Assembly: GCF_009914755.1 (NCBI RefSeq)
Contig: NC_060931.1
Origin: the human T2T-CHM13v2.0 reference genome, Homo sapiens
DNA length: 64,000 nt
Strand: one strand, 5' to 3'
Shown: positions 31,834-45,689 of the stretch, piece by piece
How positions within the stretch are numbered: the stretch's first letter is position 1
Layout of the letters: the number at the start of each line of letters is the position of its first letter
Position numbers and translations under genes: made by a program
Notes under the pieces: generated by a model
The model's database searches: none
What the model was told of the DNA's origin: nothing
What the model saw: only the letters and a program-made list of their open reading frames with translations

Positions 31834-32285
31834 TGTTAAACAAAAATTATGAGTGGTCATTATTTTAGACTGAGCTTCTGCACTAGGCCCCAACAGACCA
31901 GAACAAACCAGAATGGAGTCACTTGTGCTAAGTGCCATGTAATCAAATTGAACTTTAAAATGGTCCAGTTAAAAAAAGAAAAAAACAACACAGGAGATTT
32001 GCAGCATCCAATCAGAAGGGGCCCAGTTCACCAGAGCTAGCATGATAAGGAAGTCCTTTCGGTTTTGACCCTGTAAGAAAAGTAACTTTGAAATGACCAA
32101 TCTGCCTTTCATGCCTTATTTCTGCTTTCTTCAGCCCTCTTCTGCTTATAAAGCCAAACTCCTGTGCTCAGTTCATTGGAACACTCATACTATTCTATAG
32201 AATTAGGTGTTACCCAATTCTAGAATTGCAAATATAAGCCAATGAGATCTTTAAACTAACTTTGTTGTAATTTTGTTTTTTAACA
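31834..32285 (+). mobile_element. ERV1 solo LTR (MER31-like)
   Basis: TG...CA termini (tgttaaacaaaaatt ... tttgttgtaatttttgttttttaaca); 4-bp TSD ccga/ctga. Confidence 0.75.
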
Positions 32286-33633
32286 CTGAAGAACACAAAA
32301 CACCTTTTAAAACGCCATTTTCTCTCATCTGTAAGTGTGTTTTTTACATTAGAAAGGGAGGGATTTAATTGAACTTAGTATTTTCATACTGTATTTACTG
32401 CTACAAATACGCAGTAAAATTTATGGTCATGCTACATGAAAGTCCATCTCTTAAGGTATTAATGAATATGCATAAGTTATGTGTGTACTGATATGCATAT
32501 ATATATGTTTGGAAATGCAGGTTAAAATATTTCTTGTAAGTTACATGACTAAACATAGAGAATTGACAGACAATTCTGATGTAGTAAGTTGAAAATGAAG
32601 GGAAAAATACGATAAAGAGTGTCAATTAAAACAGAAGTTACACAGTCTTCCTGATATTTGAAAGAAGTTAAAATGGAATAATTCATTCTTATTACTTCTA
32701 ATTGGAAAGCACATATATTTTATGGTCCAAATTCATCATCTATAAAATTAACCCCTAAAATGTAGCAGCACAAGTGATTAGGTTGCTGAAGACTGTTTGA
32801 CAAATTTACTGAAATCCATTCTGTCGTGTGAATGATTTTAATATTAATAATTAGAATGAGGTTTTATTCTGTACACATCAGATCATTCCATGGAGTTAGC
32901 TTAGAGTGTGAAGTAAGAATGTATTTTGAAAGGAAATAAATCTAGACTTCTATAGGGAAAAAAGACTTTGCTTAGGGTCAAATACAAAAGAATAGCTCTA
33001 AATACTTTATAAATGAAATGGCACCTGTATCTATCCACTTATTTAATTTAAATGTAGTAACTGCAACTATGTACTAGGAACTGAGATAGATTCCAGAGAT
33101 TCAAAACAAGGTAGAATTCTTGCCTTTGAGTATCTCACTGGCTTAACTGAGAAGGCAGACAAGAAAACACACAGTTCAGGTCACTATAAGATGCTCTTTG
33201 AGGGCAGTTAATGTGGACTAGGTAGGGATGAGGGGTGGCTTAATAAACTTGGAGACATATGAGTTGAATCTCGAAGCTTAGGTAAAGTTAATTAGCTGAT
33301 GAATTGGGGGACAGAAGTGAGGAGAAATTGAGTGAAGGGTTGTTATGTAAGAAGGAGGGTAAATATAGATCCTAGGAGAGTGGTTAGATGACAAATCTTG
33401 AAAGCCTGAAGTGACATACTGTCAGTGGGAATGAGAAAGCGGTTCTTTAGTGAATGGTCTTTTTATTCATCAAGTTAGAGAATAAAAACAGTGTGTAAAT
33501 TCGGGAAAAAGGGAGAAAACTAGTTTAGTAATAGACATGTAGAATTTGAGATACTCATGGAACTTGTGTTCATGGACTATTGAACATAATAAGTTAATTT
33601 CCTCCTTATGATCTCTCTTTGATAAATAAGGAG

Positions 33634-35186
33634 CAGGAGAGTGAATCCTGATTATGTAGGGCCTGATGTTTATAAAAATTGAGGCCCCCCTTTAAGAAAA
33701 AATATGCAAAATAAATGTGTACAAACTTTTATAAAAGTGATGTATATATATAAATATGTATAAATAAATACTTATCTATAATAAAAAATCACATTAGATT
33801 GTAAATTTAAGATAGCTTACAAACATTACATCATAGGATTTCAAATAACATAGTTTTATAAATTAGTAAACTGCTTAATGCTTCGTTTTTACATTTTTAT
33901 ATGGTAATTTAAAATAATATTTGTACTGAGGTTAAAAGATAATTTTCTTTTCCTCTAGAATGATTTATTAAGATATGTTTAAATTGATGATTTATTAGGA
34001 ATGTTCCACTTAGCTTCACAAGTCATCATTGATAAAGTAAATTTTTAGTATTATTGTTAAATACGTGAAAATCAATATTGGGTTTTTGGTCATAGCCAAG
34101 CTGTAAGACTTGCAGGCATTTCAATTTTTTGTTCAATGACTAACCTTAAGTACTGTTTGAATTCATGATATACATTAACCATTGTTACGTTAATAACATG
34201 ACATATTGTGAGTTTTAGGTATCTTCATTGATGGCGATATTTCATAGAGATTTATAAAACATGTACTTTACACATAAACATGCCTGCTTGTTGTAGAGCT
34301 GATATAGGCTGTGCTCTACAAGCACAGGAATAATGATACATTTAATATCATGTAACTTTCATCAATAATAAAAATTTAAAATTGTTTATACTGCATTGTT
34401 AACTGTATTCCTGGAAGAATAACGCTTCTGTTTTGATGACACATTAAAGAGAACTGAATGGGATGATTAGAAGAATTTTCCAAGGATAAGCTTTGAACTT
34501 TGTACATTTCAAACCTCATTTCTCCCCTACTATACACATATTCTGTTACCAGGCAGGCTCTGGACCATTTTTATCAAGACATGTCTTCTGGCTCTTTAAA
34601 TTTATGTCAGAAAACCAGTGTAAAGTCACACTGAGCAATGGGGATATGCCTGGAAGTCATTTTTACACCAGGAGAACTAGCAATAACAACCATACACAAA
34701 AATATCCATGAACCACATATTATAAGTCTCAGGGTTCAATCATGTAATTGGACCTCATCCTCTTTTAGTCAGATCCTAAAATGCTCATGCTCATTCCAAT
34801 GCTACTAGTCACTAGGTAAAGTGTGATGAAAAAGGAGTTGGAATGGAGACAAAAGTCTTTTTTGTTTTTTACTGTTTTATTTTTCCATATAGATGCCCAA
34901 TTTTTCTGGTTAATACCAATACATATACAGGGCATGGGGGAGGGCTCTTAATTATCTTCCATTGATATATTTGCCTCTCTATGCATTACTACTGAGCTGG
35001 CTTAACTAACATTGTTCATAAAAATTCTTGTAGTTAAAATACCCTCTTTTTAAAATATCAAAAACTCAAATGAGAAAGGCAATACAACCACATTGCTAAG
35101 ATCCTTCCTATAGTCTTGAAAGGAGTCCTTGCAAGTGAGAGACACTGAAGTTGAAGATTCATTGCCTTCAAGAGCATCTGCTTCTG
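33634..35186 (+). mobile_element. hAT-Tip100 element (Zaphod-like), internally deleted
   Basis: 5' gggcctgatgtttata...ggcccccctttaagaaaaaa; 3' tgcaagtgagagacactgaag...ttcattgccttc...ctgcttctg. Confidence 0.6.
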
Positions 35187-35233
35187 GGCACACATCTTAC
35201 TATAGCATAATACTGGTCAGAGACCATAATTTA

Positions 35234-35380
<147 letters not shown>

Positions 35381-38118
35381 TTACACAGAATTCTAACTAT
35401 AGGCATAAAGGTAACTAAATGAAAAATACATGACTCATCAAGAAGAGATAAGTAAAAGTAAATAATGTAATTGGAGAATAAAACATTATGAATTCAACAA
35501 ACATCTGCCATTTTCAGGAAATGATATGTACATAATTGAAGATTAGTATCTTAGACACCAAGATATTTATGATTTTAATAGTTGTAAATATAATTTGTAT
35601 CAATTTTATCAAATGTATTATATTCCAAATCCAATTATCTGCTTTTCGGAGTGTGTTTATTAGGCTAAACTTGTCTTGATTACGAAGAACACTGTTACCC
35701 AATAATATAATTCAAGTTGTAGATTTCTATATGCTGATAACCTCTATATTAAATTACCTTAAATTTTCATGCTCCTTGAGTTGCAGATTTTAAATAGAAG
35801 AGGAGGGTATGTATAATCAGGAAAAGACTGGCTGAAGGACTGTTGTCCAGAGAGATTTTTACAGGGTTTTATTACTTGAGTCACCTAAGACTTGAGTCTT
35901 ATTATTATTATTATTTTGGTCCAGAAGGTTCCTGGGTGACTACTGAATCAGTAGGAGAATAACTGAATAATTTACATGTGTGTGTGTGTGCATGCATGTG
36001 TACAAGCAATATAATTATGGCTTTTATTTTAATTATTAGAATATTAAAATTTCTTGGGATGTGATTATAATTTATGTGAGCAATCAATTTAAAGCACAAT
36101 CTTTTTTATCAATCAATTCATTACTGTATTAGAAATCACGTTTTTGCCATGATGGCATGCTTCACCAGAATCTACATTCAAATTATTCCCACAGAAGGAA
36201 ATTATTGTATCAGTAGTGCTAAACGTTTATACTGATTTTATGATAGCATTATCACTAATATCTAATGTCTCACCTTCATCCAAATGAACTTCCAAAAAAC
36301 TTTATTTAGAGTGCATGAATTGAATGAATTCAAATCATCTTTGCAACAAACAGATGTTTCATTTAAAACATTCTGATCACTCTGATATAAAAATGGCATT
36401 ACTTGATCTTTTGGAAAAGTTATTCTGCTAATGGAGTCAAGATATTAACAGCTATAACTTCATTAATAATACACATAAAGAAACTTGGAATTGAAAATTA
36501 ACACTAATTTTGAAAAGTCATTTGATCTAAACGAAAAGTCATGCTTCAAAGAGTGATATGCAAAGGGACTTTCTGCATACTAAATGATTGCTTTGGGGCA
36601 GAGAATTAACTATTAATTTTAAAGCAGATGCTCATGTTTCTTCAGCATAGTTGTGTTTACTGATTTCTGCATAGTCAATGATATCACTGGAGCTCTCATT
36701 GCAGATGGTAAATGTTCATAAATATTTCACACAGATTATGTATTCATCAACTCTTTAAGAAACAGAAATTCAGAACTATTTTTTGTTTTGAAATTCAGAT
36801 TATTTTTATTTAAAAGACATTTTATTTTTAAGCTATCTTTTGCTGAAAAGTGTTATTGCAAAATAAAAATCTATTATAAAGTAAATATTTATAAACTATA
36901 TATTTAATGAAAAATAAAACATTGAGGAAGTATATTCAAGCCATTCACTATACATTCTTGGTAAAACTGCTCATGCTCTTTTTCTCACATACATTTCATG
37001 AACATCTAACCTATGATTTGTCAATATCTCCACAGGCATTTCTGATTGGTATATTTGTGACCCTTTGCAACTCTCAGGGAGCTGTGAGGTCCAGGCCACA
37101 GCATAATGGGCTGGCATAAAAGGGATACCAATTCTTCAAAAGTTGTCACTTGTTTTTGTGTTTAAAGAACATTGGAAAATAGTTTATTTTTGGTCACGTT
37201 TTAGGTATAATGATTACTATTAAAGTCAGATCTCTCTTCCTTGGACGTGTGTCTTACACATTACAAGAGGATAACACAGCAAAAGCTGGATTTAGAAATT
37301 GGAGGGCTGCCAAACACATCATCATCATTCTTCATTGCAATGCACTTATTAATAGCAATACTTAAAATACAATACAGTCCTGGGCAAATGCTAAATTGGG
37401 CCAGATGCTAGGACACCAGAAACAACCTGAAGAATCTTAGGTAAACCTAATTATTATGGTCACAATAATCCTAAAACCCTCTGTGAACTAGCCCTTAGTA
37501 GCTTTCTGACATCCGACTGCCCTTCACTCTGTTCTAGTCTCCCTGGCCTTCTTGCTAATGTTTCCCAAACTTACACAATATTTTCCAATCATTATGCTTT
37601 TATGCTTGCTGCTCTCTCTGCCTTAAAAGCTCTTGTACAAGATGACAATGAGCTACCTCCTCATCTTCACATCTATACTCAGCCAGTTCTTCTCCACCTC
37701 ATTTAAAAGAACAACCACGAAACCCTCACCAACAATGCACACTCCTTGTTTACATTCCCTGCTAATATATGTATATTTCACCTGTTTATTAGTTTAATAT
37801 ATGTTTTCCATCACTAAAATATAAGGCTGTGAGGGCAAGAGTTATTATCCGTTTTGTTCAGAGTGGATTGGCAGTGATGAGATTGTTCCTGGCATCTGGT
37901 AGCCATTGAATAAATGTTTTGAACCAATTCATCTGCTATGGGTTTTCTTATTTTTACTTATTGGTAAGCTATCATCAGTTAACTGCCTGGGGCTGGAGGT
38001 GAATTTGAGCCAGTAATTTTACTATGTACACTTACATAACAGTAAATGGGAGGATATTTAAGTAAAATATGTTATTTATTAAAAACTTAACTCCTATAGA
38101 AAAAAAATCAGAAACAGA

Positions 38119-40335
38119 TTACTTTAGTTCATTTGTGCTGCTATATGAAAATAACTGAAACTGGATAATTTATAAATGACAGGTATTTATTTCTCACATT
38201 TCTGGAGGCTGGGAAGTCCAAGGTCAAGACATCAACAGATTTGTTGTCTGGTAAGGCTTATTATCTGCTTCAAGGATGGCACGTTCTTGATGCATCCACT
38301 CATGGCAGAGGGATGAATGCTGTATCTTCACATGGCAGTAGAAGGGGAAAGGCGAGAGCTAGTTCCCTTGAGCCATTTTATAAGGGCATTGATCCAACTC
38401 ATGAGGGTAGAGCCCTCATAACCTAATCATTTGCTCATTGCTCCACCTCTTAATATGATTGCATTGGTGATTAAGGTTCAATATAAATTTTGGAGAGACA
38501 CAAGTATTCAAACCATAGCATTCTGCCTCTGCTCTCCCAAAATTTATGTTCTTCTGATAAGTAAAATACATCCATTCTATCCCAGGAGCCCCAAAAGTTT
38601 TAACAATTTCCAGCATCAACTAAAAAGTCTAAAGTCCAGAGTCTCCTCTAACCGTCATCTAAATAATACAGAGTTACCACTCCAGGTACAATTTATTTTG
38701 AGGAAAATTCCCCACCAGCTGTGGGCCTGTGAAATCAAGCAAGTTAGGTCCTTCCAAAGTACAATGGTGTACGATAGAATGGACAATACCATTGAAAAGG
38801 GATAAATAGGAAAGAAGAAAGGAGTAACAAGTCCCAAGTAAGTCCAACACCCAACAAGGCAAACAACATTAACTCTTGAAGCTGGGAATAACAAAAACCA
38901 AAAAACCCTCTTTGACGATGTGTCCTGCCTTCTGAACACACTGTGCAGAGTTTAAGCCCCTAAGGCTCCGAAACCCCCATTCCTTCCATGGCTGTGCTGT
39001 GTGCAGCCCACACTGCATTTCTCACTTGTTAGAGTTGAATGCCAACAGCTCTCTCAGGCTGGCTTTACTAGCCTGGAGTCTCAGAGGTGGCCCAGCCCCC
39101 ATAGCTCCACTAGGCATTGTCCTAGTGGAGGCTCTCTGCAGGGGCCTGAACCATGTAGCAGTTCTCTGTCTGGGGTCTGGGGATCTCAAGGACCTCTCCA
39201 TCCTTTGAAATCTAGGCAGAGGTAGGCATGCCTTCACAGCTTTTGCACTCTGTGCCTGCAGAGTTAGCACCAGCTGGATGCTGCAAACCTTTGCCACCTC
39301 TGTCTCCTGAAGGGTGGCTCTGGTTGCACTGAGGCTCACTGGAGCCACAGATGGAGTGGCCCAGGAGTGCTGCACTAGAATGCATTGAGCAGAAACTTGA
39401 GGCAGCTCTGGGAAGTGAGCCCTGAGATCCCACAGGTGCTCTGAATCCCTCTTTGAAGTCTTTCTGTCCTCAAGGCCCTGACACTGTGGGCCTGTGATGG
39501 GAGTGGCAGCCTTGAAGATCTCTGAAACGTTTTCAGGGCCACTCTTCCATTGTCTTGATGAATAGCATTCTAGATTCCTTCTAGACATACTAATCTACCC
39601 AAACTTTCATTGGTAACACCCTTGGTGTTTTATCATAAACACATTTCTCTTTCTTTACCAATTGGCCAGTCTGAGAATTTGTCAAATCCTTAATTTTTGC
39701 TTCCCTTTTGATGACAAATTCTGTCACTAATTCATTTCTCTCTTATTACATCTTACTATAAGCAGTCAAGGGAAGCCATGCCACACCCTCAACACTTTGC
39801 TTAGAGATTTCTTTTACCAAGTATCACTCCATGGTATTTCATCACTCTAAAATTCAACCTCCCACAAAATAGTAGGACATGGATACAATTCGACAAAGTT
39901 CTTTGCCACTTCATAACAAGGATTGCCTTTCCTCTGGTTGCAAATAACTTGTTCCCCATTTTCGTATGAAACCTCATTACAATGGCCTTTCTTATCCATA
40001 TTTCTAGCAACATTTTGTTCGCAACCATGTAGATAATCTCTAAGACTGAACCTCTCTCTATGGTCTTCTTTCTTTCTTCTTCTATCCCCCACCTCTCCTC
40101 CTCCTCCTCTACCTCCTCTTCCTCCTCCTCTTTCTCCTCCTCCTCATCCTCCATATTGCAGCCTCTCCCCAGTCCACATAGCACCTTCTACGTTTTTAGG
40201 AATTTGTTACATTAGCACCTCACTCCTTAGTACGAATTCTGTCTTAGTCCATTCTAGCAGCTATAACAAACTACTTTAGTCTGTAAAGTCTAAAAGTCTA
40301 TAAAGGGTAATTTATAAACAACAGAAATGTTTTGA
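38119..40335 (-). mobile_element. MaLR provirus (MLT1A/MSTD family): LTR 38119-38520, internal region, partial second LTR from 40240
   Basis: LTR boundary ttcaaaccatagca at 38520; MaLR-int motifs; second LTR end tgtcttagtcc at 40240, broken at ~40335. Confidence 0.8.
40066..40152. repeat. (CCT)n/pyrimidine-rich tract
   Basis: Imperfect cct repeats, which produce the poly-Glu run in ORF 39801..40184. Confidence 0.9.
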
Positions 40336-40339
40336 TATC

Positions 40340-40948
40340 ACAGGGGTACAGCAGAAGAGCAATTTAGCCCAGGATGGATCATACCTTGAGTCTCATCCAT
40401 ATCTGATTTAGAAGATATTTAGATGAGACTCTGGGTTTTAGATTTTTGAGTTGGTATTAAAACAAATTAAGACTTTGAGACTATTGGGATGGAATGAATG
40501 TAATGTATCTGTATGTAAGAAGAACACGAATTTTGGGGGACCCAATCCAGAATGCTATGGTTTGAACTTTCATGTGTCTCCAAAATTAATGCTTAAAATT
40601 AGTGCCCAAAGCAATAGTATTGGGAGGTGGGGTACTGAGGATGTGATTAGGTCATGAGGACTCTACGCTTACGAATGGGATTAGTGAATTTGTAAAGGGG
40701 CTTGAGGAAACCAGCCAGCTGTTTTTCTGCTCTTCTGCCATGTGGAGACTCAGCATTCATTCTCTCCAGAGGATACAGCAAGAAGACACCACCTTGGAAA
40801 CAAAAAGTGAGCCATCAGCAGATACCAAATCTCCTGGCCCCTGGACCTTGGACTTCTCAGCTTCTAGAACTGTGAGAAATAAATTTATGTTGTTTGTAAT
40901 TAGCCAGTCTAAGGGATTTTGTTATAGCAGCCAGAACAGAATAAAACA
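40340..40948 (+). mobile_element. MaLR internal 3' end, PPT and LTR (40553-40948), MLT1A-like, in the opposite orientation
   Basis: aattttggggg...gaa|tgctatggtttgaa...gttatagcagccagaacagaataaaaca. Confidence 0.8.
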
Positions 40949-43491
40949 CAAGTTAAAGCACACACACAAATACGAAACGGTCATTTCAAATGGCCAATTC
41001 AGAACATGTTTGTTTCTTTAGAGTGTTTCAGCAATTTTGATAGGCAATAATCTTTAAACAGTGACACACAGATCTCTAGTCTAATTGCTATTTGGCCTTT
41101 GTTGGTGAGATAGATAATAAAAGCTAGACTTTTCAACATCTTTAAAATCATAGTGCATTTGTGGATGCATGTAAAAGGTGACTAAAGGCCTACAATGACT
41201 CAAAGGGGGAAATTTGTGTGAAAGGCAAGCAATTATGTGACCTTATTCATTGTGGTAACATATTTTTGTTACTTTTATTAATCCATAGATCTTTAATTTT
41301 AGAAGCATGAATCAATTTTCATACTCCATCACTCCAGTGACCAAGGCAGAATCAGAATTATGCTTACACATTTAATTGGGGGAGAGCTTGCCGAATCATC
41401 TGCATTTTATTTTATGATTAATCATGAGAAGGATAGAGTTGAGTGCTTCACTTTTATATTAGTAAAGAAAATTTTTTATTTTTGAAATTTGCAACAGAGC
41501 TCAATTAAATTTTGATGAACATTTCCTTAGCCTTTTGAGGATTCTGTTCATTTCTGTGTCATAATTTCATAACAAGAGGCATATGTAAAAGGTCATAAGC
41601 GCTGATTTTCCTTAAATAAAATATGGTAGAAATTTGGTTATATAAAATGATATTTTAAATTAAGAAGATAATGAAATCTGTGAAATCTGTTATGCATTTT
41701 CTAAATTATACATTTATTTTAATAGGAGAATATATTCCAAAGTTTCACTATGAAATATGCATATTTGAAATATGTAAATCTGTAGGTTGACTGTTGCATT
41801 ATATTTTTAAAATTATGTGTCGTTTGCATTTAGTTCAGGTAGATGGAAGCAAAGATTTCTAAGAGCAGCTTTCTCACACACAATTAATTATTCTTAATTA
41901 TCCTGATCAATCTGAAAAATAATTTACATATTTTAAAGTTATCTTGTATTTTATTTCAATTCATTAAGTGCTTCCTATTTCTCACTTAAAATTTTAGAAA
42001 TAATGTGAGAATAAACCATCTGTATTTTCATGAAGATTAGATTCAGAAGGGGAAAAGTAATGTCACAAGTATACAAAAAACTTGATATGAACTTTTCATA
42101 AGTCACATTAACATGTGAAGTTGGTGTACAGCTAGAGCTATACATACTTATTTTAATGTAGTGAAGGAAAACATATTGTTATGTAAAGCCCAAGAGTAAT
42201 TTATATTTTATATTTCATCTCTTCTAACTAACCTATACCTCCAAATAATTTATTCAATTATATCACAACATGTTCCATTAGGAAAGAAACAACTTATTTG
42301 AAAGAGACTATTGTTTCAGACACCTTGAAACAGAATAATCAGGATCAGGGAGAGATGATTTATATAAAGAGATAGAATGGAAACACATAATACACACCCA
42401 TTTCTGTTTTAAAAACAATTAAAGATAAAAAATGAAATGCCCAGTGAGTTTTAGTATTTGCCAGATAATTTAGATTAGGAATAGTTTTAGTTCAAGAAAG
42501 TTATTTCCTCTTATAAACATAGTTTTTGAAAAAAAATAAAGTTGGGATAAAAGAAGAGTTGTATACCAAAAGAATACATCAATCTGGTGTGGTAAAGAGG
42601 AAAATATTTTTAAAAAAGAATTTGGAAGAATGCATAACCACAGGTTTAAAGTAGCAGAAAAAATGCATACTATACTTTCAAGAGTATGCATTCAAAAACC
42701 TATTGTTAGCATTGGAAAAGTAATAAACTAGAAATGGTGATAAAACTAAAATGTATAAATCACCAAGGGTATCAGAGTAATAGGGAGACCTTATGAAACA
42801 GAGCAACTTCTAACGCCATACATTAAAAGGGAATCACTGCAATAGGACACTCTTAGCATGATCAGGGGCAATACAGCTAGAAAACAGGGCTGGGAGGATT
42901 CACAAGTGAGCAGATCAGTCATTGAGTTCAGAGAAAGGGCAACATCATAGCCTGGCCAGAGTCCCCGTTCTGAGCAACTACCTGTGGCATTTGCCTTTAG
43001 GATAAACAAAGACTAGCTCTCTAACAGAAGTCTGAGTCTGACACTAGGGATGCAGTGTGGGCATCAGTATCAGAGGCAAACAGGACATTCTCATGTTGAT
43101 CAAGATGAAGCTAAAAGTTCAACACAATTATATTTAATCATTTTTTAAAACAAACTTTTGACATTGAATATTTTCAGCCAGGCAATTCTACCCATAGCCA
43201 CTGATACCATAAAAATATTTGAACACACTTTCAAGAATATGCAGATAAATTGATAGATATTGACGTAGCATATTTGGTAATAATTGTAAAACACAGGCAA
43301 TATAAATATTCATCAGTAATGGGATGGCTCACATGATTATGGAATATCATGCAGCAGTTAGAAAAATGAAACTGATCAATGTCTACTGAAACGGAACAAT
43401 GTGTATCACCTGCTTTAGAGTGCAGAAAGCAAGTTGCAAGATAATATAAAATCTATATTCTGTTACGTAAAAAACTATCTACCTATATTTC

Positions 43492-43562
43492 ATATATATA
43501 TTTCATATATATATACTATATATATATATACAACTATATATGTGTGTGTGTGTGTGTGTGTA
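43492..43562. repeat. (TA)n/(TG)n compound microsatellite
   Basis: Read directly from the sequence. Confidence 0.9.
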
Positions 43563-43964
43563 TGAATACGTTATAGATAGAGGGGAATATGCTCATTTAT
43601 ATGTGTGTATTAGATTGGGAAGCTACAGCAAACAACCACAATAATAATTTCTGAGGAGTAGTAGTGCTCAAAGTGGGACCTTTAAATTTTTTTCTAAATA
43701 ATATTCATTGTAGTGTAGACTTTTTACAGTTACATACATTACTTTCATTTTTTAAACATGTTAAGATAGAGCAGAGGATAACAGGATGCCTAGAACTGAA
43801 AGAGTAGAAGGAAACATGTAGTACATATTTAAAGTGTAGTAGGAAAAAAGTGAGATGAGAGAACAGGGCTAAAATCAAATTTATTCCAATATATTTACAT
43901 AGTGCTACAAAACAGTCATGTTTTTATTAATTATTAATTCATATTTGTACAAATAATACGGATA

Positions 43965-44160
43965 ATAAACCACATTCACTGAGGACATGCTATGCAGTAA
44001 GTACATTGTTATTTGCTTCATAGGCATTATCCCATTTAACTTCACAACTATCCTATAAGGCAGGCAGAAATCCTCATTTTACAGATAAGATAATGAAGCC
44101 ACACAGAGGTGAAACTGTAAGGCTTGTAATTAGCAGAGCCAATTGACCTCTTGTTTAACT
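43965..44160. mobile_element. MIR
   Basis: cattcactgagg...cccatttaacttcacaactatcctataagg...cattttacagataagataatgaagc. Confidence 0.7.
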
Positions 44161-45050
44161 ATGAAATACAGGAAAATCCTGGATTAACTTGGTTTGATTC
44201 AACTTACAGGGGTCTTAGAATGGCAACAGTTTTGAATGCACAATATCCTAATTCAAAGAAGAGCTACTTTTTTGAAGTCCAGAGAATATTAAAGGACAAG
44301 AAAAAGAGCCATCCTGACTGAGCTTGAGTTTACAATACTTTACTTTTGCTTGGCTTTATCTACTTGGGGACTTCCTGCATGTAGCTAGCTCACTTAGCCA
44401 ACAGTCTGATCATGATCCTCTAGATTCTGGATTGTGAAGCTTGACAAAGACATTGTTCTGAACTAAATTCCTGTGGTGAGCCTGTCTTCCACAGGAAGGA
44501 GGTTCTGCAGATCACTGCTCAGCATTGGGAAACTGATCCCAGACAGCAGGCAGCAAGGCAGTAGAAGAAAGAGCTGAATATAATGCTGAAAGACTATGCT
44601 AATTAATTATACTTTATGAATGTATTTTTTGGGTAAGACACTATGGTACAAATTTTATTCTGAGTTTTTAAAAGAGTACTATTTAAATACTTGGTTTCTG
44701 GTTCCTGAGAATGAGAAGTAAGACTAATTTTAAATCAACTGCCTTTTTTTTAAAAAAAAAAAATGAAGCATGCATAAAGCTTATAGAGCTTCTGTCCACT
44801 TCATGTGGTCTTATGTTTACCCTCATGTTGACAGAAAGAAAAGAGGTCAATGAAATAAAATGACATTAATTATTTAACTAAGCCAAATTAATGGTGATTT
44901 GTTTAGGTGCATATCAGTAACTTCAAAAGTATACAGTTTATGTTAAAAATTTATTTTACTAGATCTTACCTGTTAACAATGAAGTATAAGAGAGTGATAT
45001 TGATTAGATTTGGTAAGTAGTAAATGAAATCGTATGATTTTTTTCATTAA

Positions 45051-45190
45051 CCCATTTATGCTGGAGGTTGCAATTTTTAAAATTTAACTTGAATTTAAAA
45101 ATAAGACCTTGGCAATGACCTTAAGCTGTAGAATATAAATAACTCCTACATGCTTAGTGTTCCAATAATGGAACACTAGGCATAAATGGG
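45051..45190. mobile_element. MER85, non-autonomous piggyBac MITE derived from PGBD3
   Basis: Exactly 140 bp; TIRs cccatttatgc / gcataaatggg; TTAA (left) and ctaa (right) target site; internal palindrome gttccaataatggaac. Confidence 0.93.
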
Positions 45191-45309
45191 CTAACTAGCT
45201 TTCTCTTTACTTTTAGCAGATATTTTAAATATAAGAAGTACAATAAAAGAGAATCGTTCTTCAAATACATGGTTTGGCAGTGTTCAAACTGGCATTCAGC
45301 TAGTTTGTC

Positions 45310-45334
45310 GTGTGTGTGTGTGTGTGTGTGTGTG
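45310..45334. repeat. (GT)n microsatellite
   Basis: Read directly from the sequence. Confidence 0.95.
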
Positions 45335-45584
45335 AGATTAATATCATCATTAGTACAATAAGGAGCATTACTTCACAATATTTAGAAAGAAGAAAAATCT
45401 GCTAGAAATGGACTATTTTGGAAAACCAGTATTTGCACTCATTTCTCTTACGTAGTTGATATTTCATTTTTATGTACTAATATGCTGCTGTGTTCAAATA
45501 ACATTATTTCTAGATATGTCAGGCAGCTTATTTAATTAATTAACATTAACTGAGTTAATGGTAATAATATTATCCTTGGACTTA

Positions 45585-45689
<105 letters not shown>

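Noticed and set aside
39022-40184. 188-aa ORF and poly-Glu 127-aa ORF
   Set aside because: Both are inside MaLR internal sequence, and the poly-Glu run comes from a (CCT)n tract.
44468-44497. 9-bp stem ttcctgtgg...ccacaggaa
   Set aside because: Too short for a pre-miRNA and compatible with chance.
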